Shown here in pieces: positions 1-9,820 of a DNA stretch of 64,000 nucleotides. The stretch spans positions 35,913 to 99,912 of IMG/VR virus record IMGVR_UViG_3300032240_002557, one strand, 5' to 3'. The stretch's first letter is position 1. Every line of letters starts with the position of its first letter. Both the position numbers and the translations under genes were made by a program. Under the pieces are notes generated by a model that was not told the origin of the DNA, made no database searches, and saw only the letters and a list, made by a program, of their open reading frames with translations. The stretch is from a virus.

Positions 1-176
1 AAGATTACGAAGAGGAAGAATGGGAAGAAGAGAACGAAAATGAGCATGAGCACGAAGAACATGAGTCTCATGAAGAAGAGCATGAAGAACACGAGCACGA
101 AGATGACGAAGAAGAAGATGAAATAGAGGGAGCAGAAGAAATTTACAACCCTGCATTCAACAGCTTTTTCAACTAA
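1..176 (+). CDS. 3' end of a truncated gene with a Glu/His-rich low-complexity tail
   Basis: Frame from nt 3 reads DYEEEEWEEENENEHEHEEHESHEEEHEEHEHEDDEEEDEIEGAEEIYNPAFNSFFN, TAA at 174-176; absent from the ORF track because the start is outside the window. Confidence 0.75.
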   Translation, partial: DYEEEEWEEENENEHEHEEHESHEEEHEEHEHEDDEEEDEIEGAEEIYNPAFNSFFN

Positions 177-205
177 TATTTAAATAGTATTATATTATAG
201 GAAAC

Positions 206-234
206 AAGGGATCTTTCGATCCCTTTTTCTTTTT
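206..234 (+). terminator. Intrinsic terminator
   Basis: AAGGGATC-TTTC-GATCCCTT followed by a T-rich run. Confidence 0.8.
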
Positions 235-239
235 ATAGG

Positions 240-247
240 GATATATA
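240..247 (+). promoter_or_regulatory. Late-type promoter GATATATA upstream of the rimK fusion
   Basis: Same 8-mer that precedes structural genes on the minus strand; 18 nt before the ATG. Confidence 0.65.
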
Positions 248-265
248 GGTTAACCTAAGCTATAG

Positions 266-1738
266 ATGGAAAATATACTAGAAGACAATTTCATATTTCA
301 GGGATCTAATAATACAGAGAAAGTTGAAAAAAAACCAATTTCTTTAATAATATTAACTACCAAATTAGAGGCTAAGCAAAAGACGTTAGCACCAACTGTA
401 AAGAAAATGCAGGAAAAGTCTGCTTCTATGGGATTTAAATGTATAGTAATTAATACTTCTCAAGGAGAAATAGAAAAGACAGAAACGGGTAGCTTTTTCA
501 TCAGAAATAAAGGTAGTCAAAACAAGAGTGAAATTGATGTAAAGAACACAATTATTCTTGCTAGAAGATCTGCTATAAATTCAACAGCAGCCGTTAAATT
601 TTTCGAAAAACTAGAATCCTTAGGTTTTGTGTCGGTTAACTCGCTAAAATCCGTTCTTCTTTGCGAAGATAAACTTGACACCGCGCAAAGACTTCAAGAA
701 AAAGGAATACCTGTACCTAGAACAGCACTAATATCATCAGAGGATGATGTTGAAAATGCTATGAAAAAAATCGGGGGATCTTATCCTGTTGTTGTTAAGC
801 TTTTAAATGGAACCAAGGGAATAGGTGTATTTCAAATAGATTCACATGCTTCGTTGCTTTCTACCTTACAAACTATTTGGAAGTTGTCTTCCGAAACCGA
901 ATTAATAGTTCAAGAAAAAATAGACGCAGATTCAGATCTAAGAATACATGTTCTTGGGGCGAGAGATGATAGTTCAGGCTATTCTGTTATTGCTTCAATG
1001 AGAAGAAACAGAATAGAAAACGATTTCAGAACTAATGTTTCTTTAGGAGGTACTGCAGAAGCAATTAATATAGATCCAGAGATTGAAAAAATAGCAATAG
1101 AATCAGCAAAAGCAACAGGATGTTCTTGGTGTGGTGTTGATATTATTGTAGAAAAAAATACAGGCAAACCTTATGTACTTGAGGTTAATGCATCAGCAGG
1201 TACCGATGGAATTGAAAATGCTACGGGATTAGACGTAACTGCTATAATTCTCGATTTTATACTGGACAAAAAGAATTGGAATTATCCAAGAAAACTTGTT
1301 GGATTCCGTGAGATTTTCACAGTGAAAGGTGTCGGCGATTTTATTGGAAAATTAGATACAGGAAACGGGGCAATTGGATGCTCAATTCACGCAGATTATT
1401 CGGAAGAGACTGATGGATTCTTAAATTGGACTATCGGGGGAAAGGAATATAGTCACAGAATAGTAGAATACTCACATGCAGAAGTTGGGGATCAAACCGA
1501 CAAAAGGCCTGTTATTCTAATGGATGTTGAATTTGGGGGAATGGTTTACAAGAAAGTTAAATTCTCTGTTGTTGACAGAACTAACAAGAGTACACCGATG
1601 TTAATCAATAGAACCTTTATGGAGCAAGCAGGTTTAATTGTTGATGCAAGTAAAACATTCTTACTTACAAAAGAACCAAATGGTTATTCACCGCTAGACG
1701 CAAAGGGAGATGCTACTGCGGGTATTACACTATTTTAG
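266..1738 (+). CDS. rimK: RimK-family ATP-grasp ligase fused to a C-terminal retropepsin-like (RimB-type) protease
   Basis: ATP-grasp motifs DKL..Q.L..GIPVPRT, KLLNGTKGIGV, FRTNVSLGG, GVDII..VLEVNAS; C-terminal KLDTGNG, RPVI and MLINR of the RimK-associated aspartic protease family. Confidence 0.85.
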   Translation: MENILEDNFIFQGSNNTEKVEKKPISLIILTTKLEAKQKTLAPTVKKMQEKSASMGFKCIVINTSQGEIEKTETGSFFIRNKGSQNKSEIDVKNTIILARRSAINSTAAVKFFEKLESLGFVSVNSLKSVLLCEDKLDTAQRLQEKGIPVPRTALISSEDDVENAMKKIGGSYPVVVKLLNGTKGIGVFQIDSHASLLSTLQTIWKLSSETELIVQEKIDADSDLRIHVLGARDDSSGYSVIASMRRNRIENDFRTNVSLGGTAEAINIDPEIEKIAIESAKATGCSWCGVDIIVEKNTGKPYVLEVNASAGTDGIENATGLDVTAIILDFILDKKNWNYPRKLVGFREIFTVKGVGDFIGKLDTGNGAIGCSIHADYSEETDGFLNWTIGGKEYSHRIVEYSHAEVGDQTDKRPVILMDVEFGGMVYKKVKFSVVDRTNKSTPMLINRTFMEQAGLIVDASKTFLLTKEPNGYSPLDAKGDATAGITLF

Positions 1739-3164
1739 AATCTAGATATTCGGTATAACCTTCTTGGAAATAATTTAATGCATCTATTCTATATTGGGAT
1801 GCATCTTTTACAATCTTCTCGTTTTTCAGTGGATGCTTTTTACGATCTATTACAGAGTCCGGTATTAAGCCTTTAAACGCACGCTTTAGTATTTCCTTAT
1901 TCTTTCTTAAGTCAAAAGGTAATTGGAGCGCTAGCTGGATTAATTCAAGGTTTAAAAAGGGGTTACGAAGCTCTAGCGTATGTGCCATGCTCATTTTATC
2001 AAGTCTAGGCAGGTGATAATGAGTTAATTCATGAAAAACATCTGATCCTTGAGAATCATATTCGTTTATTCTGCGATAACCTCCAAACATTTCATCAGCT
2101 CCATCCCCAGATAAGACTATTCTTGTATTAGTTCCTTTCTTGATTGCATCGAAGAGAAGATACTGGGGAACTACACTTCCCATATCAATAGGGGATTCGT
2201 TCCATCTAAAATATAATTCAGGTAAGAATTTATCAAATTCTGGGTTATTTGCATCCATTTTATAATCCAAACGATTAACTTTAATACCCCAATACTTTTC
2301 GCATTCCTCGACATATTCGTTGTCCGGTCCATTGTTAATGGTGTACCAACTGACATCTGCACCAAGCTTCATAAGCAATCCGCCTATAATAGAGGAGTCT
2401 AATCCCCCGGAGAGCAAGATAGAGATTGGATAATCCAAGCTTAATAGCCTATTTTTTGTCGATAGCTCAACTTTATTCCAAACCCAATCAAGTAATCCAT
2501 CTTCAGAATCAAATTGAAATATGGGCGCTTTAAATGCGAAATAAGGGCCATATTCTTGTTTGAAAGCCGGAGCAGCAAAATTCCACTTATAAATGAAGTT
2601 TGGCTTTAGCTTTGTGATGTTTTCAAATGGCGTAGATTCATTAGAAACGTATCCCCATTTTCTAACACCCCCCATAAATGATTGATCAACAAAAGAGTCT
2701 TCGTCAATTAATCCTTTCATCTCTGAGCATATTTCGCCCTTGTCGTTATAATAAAGACATTTCTTTCCTAGTGGATCAGTAAAGCAAATAACTTCTTTTT
2801 TGGACATGTCAACTAGACAAATAGCCCAAAATCCATCCCAATTCTTTATATGAGGCTCGTATAATGCAGTAAACATCTCCAAGGATGCAAAGCTGAAGGT
2901 AGAGAACAGATTTACCAAGTATTCTGTGTCGGATCCAAAATCTGGGGGATAATTAAATATTTCCCCATTAAATAATAAATAGCGATCTTTTGATAACTCC
3001 ACTGGTTGGATCCATCCATCACCGATAGCAGTCTGAATTGGTAACCTGTGATGACAAAGGGTTAAACCGCTGGCATCAGAATGTGTGTAATACTCTATCC
3101 CTCTATGAGCTATAGACTTAATTCTCTCCTCTGAAGGATTATGGGCAATAAGGATTCCACACAT
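1725..3164 (-). CDS. asnB: Asparagine synthetase B-like glutamine amidotransferase
   Basis: N-terminal MCGI, HRG, FNGEIFN, LLSGGLDSS, SGDGADEMFGGY, RLDKMSMAHTLELRNPFL. Confidence 0.9.
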   Translation of the reverse strand: MCGILIAHNPSEERIKSIAHRGIEYYTHSDASGLTLCHHRLPIQTAIGDGWIQPVELSKDRYLLFNGEIFNYPPDFGSDTEYLVNLFSTFSFASLEMFTALYEPHIKNWDGFWAICLVDMSKKEVICFTDPLGKKCLYYNDKGEICSEMKGLIDEDSFVDQSFMGGVRKWGYVSNESTPFENITKLKPNFIYKWNFAAPAFKQEYGPYFAFKAPIFQFDSEDGLLDWVWNKVELSTKNRLLSLDYPISILLSGGLDSSIIGGLLMKLGADVSWYTINNGPDNEYVEECEKYWGIKVNRLDYKMDANNPEFDKFLPELYFRWNESPIDMGSVVPQYLLFDAIKKGTNTRIVLSGDGADEMFGGYRRINEYDSQGSDVFHELTHYHLPRLDKMSMAHTLELRNPFLNLELIQLALQLPFDLRKNKEILKRAFKGLIPDSVIDRKKHPLKNEKIVKDASQYRIDALNYFQEGYTEYLDSKIV

Positions 3165-3703
3165 TATTTTAGATTTTTTATTATTGATTGAAAATTAGAA
3201 AGAGATTCGGTGTCGAATTTATTTTCTAGCATAACTATTTTAACCCCCTTAGGAGATAGGTATTCTATGAATTCTAGAAATAGTTCTTTTTCCTCCGGTA
3301 TTCTAGCATCCATATTATCCCAAACGTCTTTGGATCTTTCCTCCGTCGATGTTCCGGTTATGTATACAAATTGGGATCTTTTGAAAAGATCCTGCTCCAC
3401 CATATAATCCAATTCTTTAAAAACAGATTTTTTAGATACTCTCTTGTTTAGTATTCCCCAAACAGAATTAGTGATTACCCCTCTGTCCATAATCAATGGA
3501 CTTAAGAATCCATCTCTGTTTAACTGGTGTACCATTAATTCTTTACCTAGTCCGAGGTGATGCGTTTTATCCCCAGTAGCTGGCAAGCTTAAAGAATTGT
3601 ATAGATTATTAAAGTCGAATTTGAATATAGGAACCCAGCTTTGTGAGTTAACAAAGAATGTCTTTCCTGACTTTCTGGCTCCTTCTACAACAATAAGGGA
3701 CAT
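3164..3703 (-). CDS. Thymidylate-kinase-like P-loop nucleotide kinase
   Basis: IVVEGARKSGKT P-loop and IMDR motif; stop overlaps the asnB start. Confidence 0.65.
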   Translation of the reverse strand: MSLIVVEGARKSGKTFFVNSQSWVPIFKFDFNNLYNSLSLPATGDKTHHLGLGKELMVHQLNRDGFLSPLIMDRGVITNSVWGILNKRVSKKSVFKELDYMVEQDLFKRSQFVYITGTSTEERSKDVWDNMDARIPEEKELFLEFIEYLSPKGVKIVMLENKFDTESLSNFQSIIKNLK

Positions 3704-3714
3704 AAAATTTATAT

Positions 3715-3742
3715 TTTATATCCCTAAATGTATTTATGTTTC
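3715..3742 (-). promoter_or_regulatory. Middle-type promoter GAAAC-N17-TATAAA
   Basis: Matches the recurring two-box motif; upstream of the kinase-asnB pair. Confidence 0.6.
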
Positions 3743-3751
3743 GCGAGAAAA

Positions 3752-5935
3752 CTACGACAGAACTGAGACAAATTTCTTTCTAAAAGCGTCTATATCATCA
3801 TTTACCCCGCCATACCAAGTTGACAATTTACTTGCTAAATGCTTATCTAAAGATTTTGAATATACTGTCTTGTAAGCTTTACTTAAGATGCTAATTGAAT
3901 CACTGCTCCAATTAATACAATCCTTACATGCTCTGCCTGGGTCAGAATCGAATTTACCAAAAGCAACAGCGTATTTAACAGGAACACCCGATTTCATCAG
4001 AATTGATAACCTATCTTTACTGCCATCGTTACCCTTGAATTCATCATTCTTTATGCTATAAAATCCTAGCATCTTATCAAACAATCTTAATGCCGTTCCG
4101 TTTGCATAGAACCTAATTCCATTTGCTGTTGCTACTGCCATTTGACCATTCTTGCCATAATCTGGATTTTCCGTTGCTCCTATCTCTTTAAGTTCTTTAA
4201 CTGCTTGTTCTTTAGACCATTCTTGTTTTGCTTTAGCAACTGCATCATCGATCTGCTTCTTAACAGAGCCTGAAGAAATCTTTGGTGCAGCTTTCATGAT
4301 TTCTTTAGCGTTCTTATTAAGAGTGCTTTTTGCTGCTTTAACATCTTCTTTTGTTGTTGGCTTAGGGCCATCACCGCTGGTTCTTCCAACAGAAGCTTCT
4401 GCAGCTTTCAGATTGAATTCTTCCGAAACAGAAAAGGACTCTTTTAATTTATCGTCATGTGATGAAATCTTATCTATTAATTCTTGCGTGATATCACTAG
4501 ATTTATCCTTAAGCTCAAATCCATTTTTTAGATATTTAATAAGAGCATCTGTTGATTTTCCAAAAATGCCATCTGTACCGTATTTAGCAAATTTGTCATA
4601 TTCTTCAGATTTTCCTTTCAATCCCTTCATTTTGTCAATTGTCAGTTTTTGAAATTTCTTAATGTTATCCTTATCCTTGCTTCCTCTTTTGATTGGTTCT
4701 TTTATCTGAAGATCACTCTTAGTCGTCCCGCCATCTTTCTTACCTGCTTCTTCCTCCTTTTTCTTAGCATCCTCTGCTTGTTTCTTTGCAGTATCAACTT
4801 GGAGTTTAATTTTATAATTATTCATAGCAGTATCTGCCTCAATCTGTAAAGCCTTCTTAGCTCCTTCTGCTCTGTCTAAATGATCTTGCAAAGTAGGGAC
4901 TGCGATTAATACATTAGAATAATCCGCTGATGCTTGTACTTCTGATTTATATGCTGTATTGAACTCTTCTAATTCGTTATTAAACAATGCAACAACAGCA
5001 TTTAATCTCTCTCTTTCAGCCCCCCAATTAACACCCTTTGGATCGATCCCTTCACCAAATTTAGTTTCAAGCGAATTAACTCTCTTGTAAATATTATTGA
5101 AAGCAGCTTCTTTATCTAAAGCTTTTAAATTTCTTTCACCTGGATTATTTCTAGCACTTGCTATTGTGTTCATTACAGAATCAAGTCTAGCTTTTAAAGA
5201 TTCAATATTTGTAATAAAATCTTTTTTATCCCTGTTCGTTTTTCTGTCCTCCTTAGATCCAATTACAAAATCAAAAATACCTTCGTTTACTATTTTAGAA
5301 TATGTTTTAAAATCAACGCAGATGCTGCTATTAGAAAGATGCTCTAAAACGTTATCTGAATTGTATGAAACATCCTGATATGCAGATTCTTGAATTTTTA
5401 TATCGTCGGAAAAAGCCTTGATATATTTTTGAAGAGCTAATTGTACTTCATCAGTCTGCTGTCCTATCACATCTCCAACCTCTTTTGCTTTTTTGGTAAT
5501 ATCATCTATTGCAGCAGTTTCTTCTGCTACCATTTTATTGAACTCTGAAAGCCATTCTTCAAATATTTTAGGATCATATTCTTTCTCTTGAGCAATCTCT
5601 TTTTTAAATCGATCATACTCAGCAACTATACCAGGTAAAACAACACTATTAACCTGAATATCTACGTTTTTAACAGTATCAATTTTAGCTCCAATTGCAG
5701 CTAAATTTGTTTTAAAAGATCTTCTAAAATCCCTTGCAACTTTAGTCGGCGGGTACGTAGACACTGCATATCCGAAATTGCTGATCAATTCTTGAGTTAT
5801 CTTGATCATAGTTCTTGCATAAGCTACATAGCCAAGTCCTTTATCAACGCTTGCTTCAGTAATGCTAGGGTGTACGTAACCTTCAGCTTTTTTTACAAGG
5901 CTTTCAAATAGTGGATTTACGATTTCGTTTCTCAT
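3752..5935 (-). CDS. Putative internal head/ejection protein, coiled-coil, with a peptidoglycan-binding-like motif
   Basis: In a late operon; I/L/V-x-E sites (ITEA, IVNEG, LKES); IKRGS...GTDGIFGKST motif. Confidence 0.5.
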   Translation of the reverse strand: MRNEIVNPLFESLVKKAEGYVHPSITEASVDKGLGYVAYARTMIKITQELISNFGYAVSTYPPTKVARDFRRSFKTNLAAIGAKIDTVKNVDIQVNSVVLPGIVAEYDRFKKEIAQEKEYDPKIFEEWLSEFNKMVAEETAAIDDITKKAKEVGDVIGQQTDEVQLALQKYIKAFSDDIKIQESAYQDVSYNSDNVLEHLSNSSICVDFKTYSKIVNEGIFDFVIGSKEDRKTNRDKKDFITNIESLKARLDSVMNTIASARNNPGERNLKALDKEAAFNNIYKRVNSLETKFGEGIDPKGVNWGAERERLNAVVALFNNELEEFNTAYKSEVQASADYSNVLIAVPTLQDHLDRAEGAKKALQIEADTAMNNYKIKLQVDTAKKQAEDAKKKEEEAGKKDGGTTKSDLQIKEPIKRGSKDKDNIKKFQKLTIDKMKGLKGKSEEYDKFAKYGTDGIFGKSTDALIKYLKNGFELKDKSSDITQELIDKISSHDDKLKESFSVSEEFNLKAAEASVGRTSGDGPKPTTKEDVKAAKSTLNKNAKEIMKAAPKISSGSVKKQIDDAVAKAKQEWSKEQAVKELKEIGATENPDYGKNGQMAVATANGIRFYANGTALRLFDKMLGFYSIKNDEFKGNDGSKDRLSILMKSGVPVKYAVAFGKFDSDPGRACKDCINWSSDSISILSKAYKTVYSKSLDKHLASKLSTWYGGVNDDIDAFRKKFVSVLS

Positions 5936-6792
5936 TGTATTGTTCTTTTTACTTTCATTTTAAGTACGGATAACTTGTTGTTTAAATCAAGTAATGCTCT
6001 TTTATGTGCATCATTTAATTTATTTATTTGTTCTTCTGATAATCTATAAGAAGGTATATCACCACCCCTATAGGCTTTAGTTTTCAAAGATTTAAGATAC
6101 ATGATCTTTTCTTTATGCTTAGCATCAAAATCAACTTTCATAATTTGACCATCTTCAAGCATTTTTGCTAAATCTTTCTTAGGTAATGAATTGATGTCTT
6201 GAATGAATTCATTCAGAGGTTTATCAAACATACCCATAGTATATTCATCGTAATCTTCGTATGAAAATTCTCTATCCGAAAAACTTGGTCTAGAATTAAC
6301 TTTCTGAGCTTGATCGTCCAGCTCTTTCCAGTGATTATAAAATTGTTCTTCATAATTATAATCTTTAAATCTTTTAGATTTTTCGTATGCATATTGAGCT
6401 ATTCTAGAATCTGCCTGAGCTTTCTCTTTATTATAAAAGGCTATTAGATCTGCATTCTTTTTGCATATTCTAGCAGCTTGATTTCCTAGAACCTTTACCT
6501 CTGCTGATTTTGCTGATTTTAGAGCATCTAATGCTCTTCTTGCCATAAATCCTTTATGCTTTGCATCGGTCATTTCTACAGGATTTCCTTTCCTCTGAGA
6601 TTCACTAGAGAATACTATATAATTCAATTCATCAGATTGATCTAAGAATTTCTTTTCAAGCGCTTCCATATTAGAAATAAGGGCTGAAAGCTTTTGCTTG
6701 TCACCTCTAATAAACGAAGCAGCACCGCCTATAAGATCTTTTAATATGCCTTCGTTTATTCTACTTGATATGAAGTCTGAGTATTTCTTCAT
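5932..6792 (-). CDS. Putative internal head protein with a capsid-targeting-like N-terminus
   Basis: Starts MKKYSDFISSRINE/G; helical; paralogous to 6795..7964. Confidence 0.55.
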   Translation of the reverse strand: MKKYSDFISSRINEGILKDLIGGAASFIRGDKQKLSALISNMEALEKKFLDQSDELNYIVFSSESQRKGNPVEMTDAKHKGFMARRALDALKSAKSAEVKVLGNQAARICKKNADLIAFYNKEKAQADSRIAQYAYEKSKRFKDYNYEEQFYNHWKELDDQAQKVNSRPSFSDREFSYEDYDEYTMGMFDKPLNEFIQDINSLPKKDLAKMLEDGQIMKVDFDAKHKEKIMYLKSLKTKAYRGGDIPSYRLSEEQINKLNDAHKRALLDLNNKLSVLKMKVKRTIQ

Positions 6793-6794
6793 TA

Positions 6795-7964
6795 TTACGC
6801 AGCTTGCTTAATTTTTTCTTCAACTTCTGCCAAAACCCCTTCAATATCCGATGCCTCTCTGTAGATATTATCTTTATAATCTTTTATACTATCAGGATTG
6901 TCTGCATTAGGTGTATTCTTAACTGGATACTCAATAAATTTCAATCTACTTACTCTTCTTTCAGCTTCTTTCAGTTTTGTTAGACATTTATCCTTAATCT
7001 GAACGTTTTCATTATCTGCTGTCTTAACTACTGATATTTTAGAAATTGCTATGTTCATCAGATTCATACAAATCTTTTTAAGATCGTCGAATGTTCTTTC
7101 TCTGTTTCTGTATTTATTAATTCCCCAGGCTTTAGTCTCAACAGATTTTTTCATCTCTTCAGATTCTTTCTTAATAAAATCGCTCAATTCTTTAACTGAT
7201 GCTAGGATCTCTTTTGAATAAGTCTCAAACACATTCTTAATTTTCTCAGAAGGCATTTTAGTAGTTTCATCTTTAGCTCCTAAATCTGTTTTGATCTTGT
7301 TTAAATCGTCTTGTGATTTTTTAAGGTCTTCTTCTGCTTTTTTAGGATCGCCTAACATATCCTGTATGCCTTTTAAGTACCCTTCTTCGTCAGAGGCAGC
7401 AACTAATTTCTTTTTAAATTCTGCTCTCATCTTCTTAGTCTCTACTGAATCCTCTGCTCTCTTTAAATTGTAATACTCAGATTTTCTATTATTCTTCTTT
7501 GTTAGAATATTCACTTGTTTTTCTAATTCATCCATAATAGAATTATGCGATGATACTAAATCTTTTAATAACTTTTGGACTTTAACAAGTTTAACCCGAA
7601 TCGAATCAAGTTCTGTTTTATCAGCTTTATCCATTCTTAGCTGAGCAAGTGCAGAGCTTAGCTTATAAAATTTATTCTCTGTTTCATGCTCGTCCTTAAT
7701 GAACTTGATCTCTTCATCTTTCATTTGCTGAAGGATTTTGTCTATCTTACCTATATCACCTCCTAAATTCTTGGAAAGAAAATTCATAATTTTATCCCCA
7801 ATACCCTCGTTAATTCTATAAAGATTTTCACAAAGTACATCTTCATCAACTTTTGAATATTTACCGTTCATCAACTTCATCTTGGCAATATCAACGTTAC
7901 CGTATGATTCAATGATTGCTTTTTTACAATCTTCGTAAAAATTAAAATTTTCTAATAATTCCAT
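6795..7964 (-). CDS. Putative internal head protein, coiled-coil
   Basis: RINE/GI at residue 53; late promoter directly upstream; next to the capsid gene. Confidence 0.5.
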   Translation of the reverse strand: MELLENFNFYEDCKKAIIESYGNVDIAKMKLMNGKYSKVDEDVLCENLYRINEGIGDKIMNFLSKNLGGDIGKIDKILQQMKDEEIKFIKDEHETENKFYKLSSALAQLRMDKADKTELDSIRVKLVKVQKLLKDLVSSHNSIMDELEKQVNILTKKNNRKSEYYNLKRAEDSVETKKMRAEFKKKLVAASDEEGYLKGIQDMLGDPKKAEEDLKKSQDDLNKIKTDLGAKDETTKMPSEKIKNVFETYSKEILASVKELSDFIKKESEEMKKSVETKAWGINKYRNRERTFDDLKKICMNLMNIAISKISVVKTADNENVQIKDKCLTKLKEAERRVSRLKFIEYPVKNTPNADNPDSIKDYKDNIYREASDIEGVLAEVEEKIKQAA

Positions 7965-7980
7965 CTTACAACTTTTTCTT

Positions 7981-7988
7981 TATATATC
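7981..7988 (-). promoter_or_regulatory. Late promoter GATATATA
   Basis: 16 nt upstream of the 7964 ATG, just past a terminator. Confidence 0.75.
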
Positions 7989-8011
7989 CCAACCCCAAAG
8001 GGAAAGGCAAT

Positions 8012-8040
8012 AAAAAACCCCTGATCTCTCAGGGGTTTTT
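8012..8040 (-). terminator. Intrinsic terminator after the major capsid gene
   Basis: AAAAACCCCTGA-GAGA-TCAGGGGTTTTTT. Confidence 0.9.
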
Positions 8041-8064
8041 CTATTTTAGGTGAATCGATTAAGA

Positions 8065-9807
8065 TTAAGCGATACCGCCTGCTGGCACTTGAGCGAAGAA
8101 AGTCAAGTACATAGTTTGAGGGTGGTGTCCAGCCTCTACTAATGCATATCTTGATTTTACTGCGATCTTTGGTGACATTGTACCTTCAGAGATAGTCTGA
8201 ATTGATTCAGCCATCATGTAAGGCATAAATTTGATACCTGGTTCGTCATCAGCACCTTTTCTTCCAATCAATACTCTCGTATCTCCGAAAGACATGTTTT
8301 GATCAACATAAACAGTCATACCAGCGATTGAACCAACTGGGTATAAAGTACCGTTATTTTGAGTTAACGTGTTTGTGAAAGGAGCGAATGTGAATTGGCT
8401 GATATCTTGTAAAGCAGAAGCTACTTGAGAGTTAGTAACGATGAAGTTAGCAGGTCCTCTTCTTCCTCTGTTTGCTACTACGTTAGCAGCAGCTAAGATT
8501 CTTGAGAATAATCTTCTTTGAATAGTTGATTGGTTCTCGTATCCGCCTGAAGCAGGTCCATCAGGTTGGTTGATAGTAACTGATCCGTTATCCTTACCGA
8601 TGTAAGACTTATCGTTACCAGATCCACCGATCTCTAATGTGATGTTTAATGAGTTGTTAGATGCACCACCTAATTCAGTGTTTGCAAACTCATAGTGGTT
8701 AGACCATCCTAAAGCAAATGCTCTAGATAAGATGTGCTTGTTAATAGCTTGAGAAACCTCGTTAACAAGTGCGTTCTCGATCATAGAAACTACGTCGATA
8801 CCGAATTGCTTGTTCAAATCTTGGATTTGCTCAGTAGTAACAGAAGCAGCAACTTGGAATGTACCAGCCTCTACAAACTTAGTGAATGTAGAAAGACCTA
8901 ATGACTTGAAGTAAGTGCTTTCTGCAGTTCCTCTTGACATTGGATCGTAAGCCTTAGTACCATCTACGTATGGTCCTTGCCATGCTGCTGTGTTATCTAA
9001 ACCAGCACCAGTAAATCCTTGTACGTGATCTTCTAAAGTTTTAACTAAAGTAGCCGCGCCATTTGAATAACCTGCTGTTGCAGAAGCTGTGAAGCTTGAA
9101 CCGCCCCAAGTACCTGAATAGATAACAGAGTTAGCGTTAACTGCATCAGCGATTGAATAACCAGCAGATAATGCAGTAACTTGGAAAATAGGGAAACCGT
9201 CAATTCTTGAATTACCGATGAACTTAGCAACTAATTTGCTAGTACCACCTGTAACTGATACAGAACCTGATAATCCGCTAGCACCGATCAAATAGTTTGT
9301 ACCAACTGTTAAACCAACAACTGGAGAAGCTACTGATGTAGGAACTTTGATTAAATCAGGAGCGTTAGCTGTGTTAGGAGATGTAGTATCAGTACCGGTT
9401 AATTTACCGCCTGCATATACATAATCTAAGTAAGATAATACGCCTGTAGGACCAGACATTGGGATAACTGGAACGATATCAAAACCTACTGTTTTAGCAG
9501 CTACTTGAATAGCTAAAGGTAAAAGAGAAGGGAATTTATCGCCAGAACCAAGACCTGTTCCAGAATAAGAACCGCCAGCATAGAAACCAGCAGCACCACC
9601 GTTCAAACCTACGTTTGAAGCTGGAGATACTTGGCCCATACCGTTTAATACGCCTAGAGAGTTATACGCTCCGGCAGATTCGTTTAGAGAGTGATAGTGG
9701 CAATATGTTGTTAACCAGTCTAATTTTCCTCTCTCTTGAATACCTGTTTTGCTCTCTAAGATAGGAGCCCAGGTTTCATAGATTTCATGTTTGTTAATTA
9801 GTTGCAT
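8065..9807 (-). CDS. gp23: Major capsid protein, T4 gp23-like
   Basis: WAPILE, VIPMSGPTG, TTEQIQDL..QFGID, GPANFIV, FMPY, PKIAVKSRYAL; likely propeptide cleavage at LNE43. Confidence 0.95.
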   Translation of the reverse strand: MQLINKHEIYETWAPILESKTGIQERGKLDWLTTYCHYHSLNESAGAYNSLGVLNGMGQVSPASNVGLNGGAAGFYAGGSYSGTGLGSGDKFPSLLPLAIQVAAKTVGFDIVPVIPMSGPTGVLSYLDYVYAGGKLTGTDTTSPNTANAPDLIKVPTSVASPVVGLTVGTNYLIGASGLSGSVSVTGGTSKLVAKFIGNSRIDGFPIFQVTALSAGYSIADAVNANSVIYSGTWGGSSFTASATAGYSNGAATLVKTLEDHVQGFTGAGLDNTAAWQGPYVDGTKAYDPMSRGTAESTYFKSLGLSTFTKFVEAGTFQVAASVTTEQIQDLNKQFGIDVVSMIENALVNEVSQAINKHILSRAFALGWSNHYEFANTELGGASNNSLNITLEIGGSGNDKSYIGKDNGSVTINQPDGPASGGYENQSTIQRRLFSRILAAANVVANRGRRGPANFIVTNSQVASALQDISQFTFAPFTNTLTQNNGTLYPVGSIAGMTVYVDQNMSFGDTRVLIGRKGADDEPGIKFMPYMMAESIQTISEGTMSPKIAVKSRYALVEAGHHPQTMYLTFFAQVPAGGIA

Positions 9808-9820
9808 TGTTTTATGTAAC

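Noticed and set aside
1-3164. Graspetide or lasso-peptide (RiPP) cluster from ATP-grasp, AsnB-like enzyme and acidic peptide
   Set aside because: The genes are convergent with different promoter classes, AsnB keeps its glutaminase Cys, and no leader-core precursor is visible
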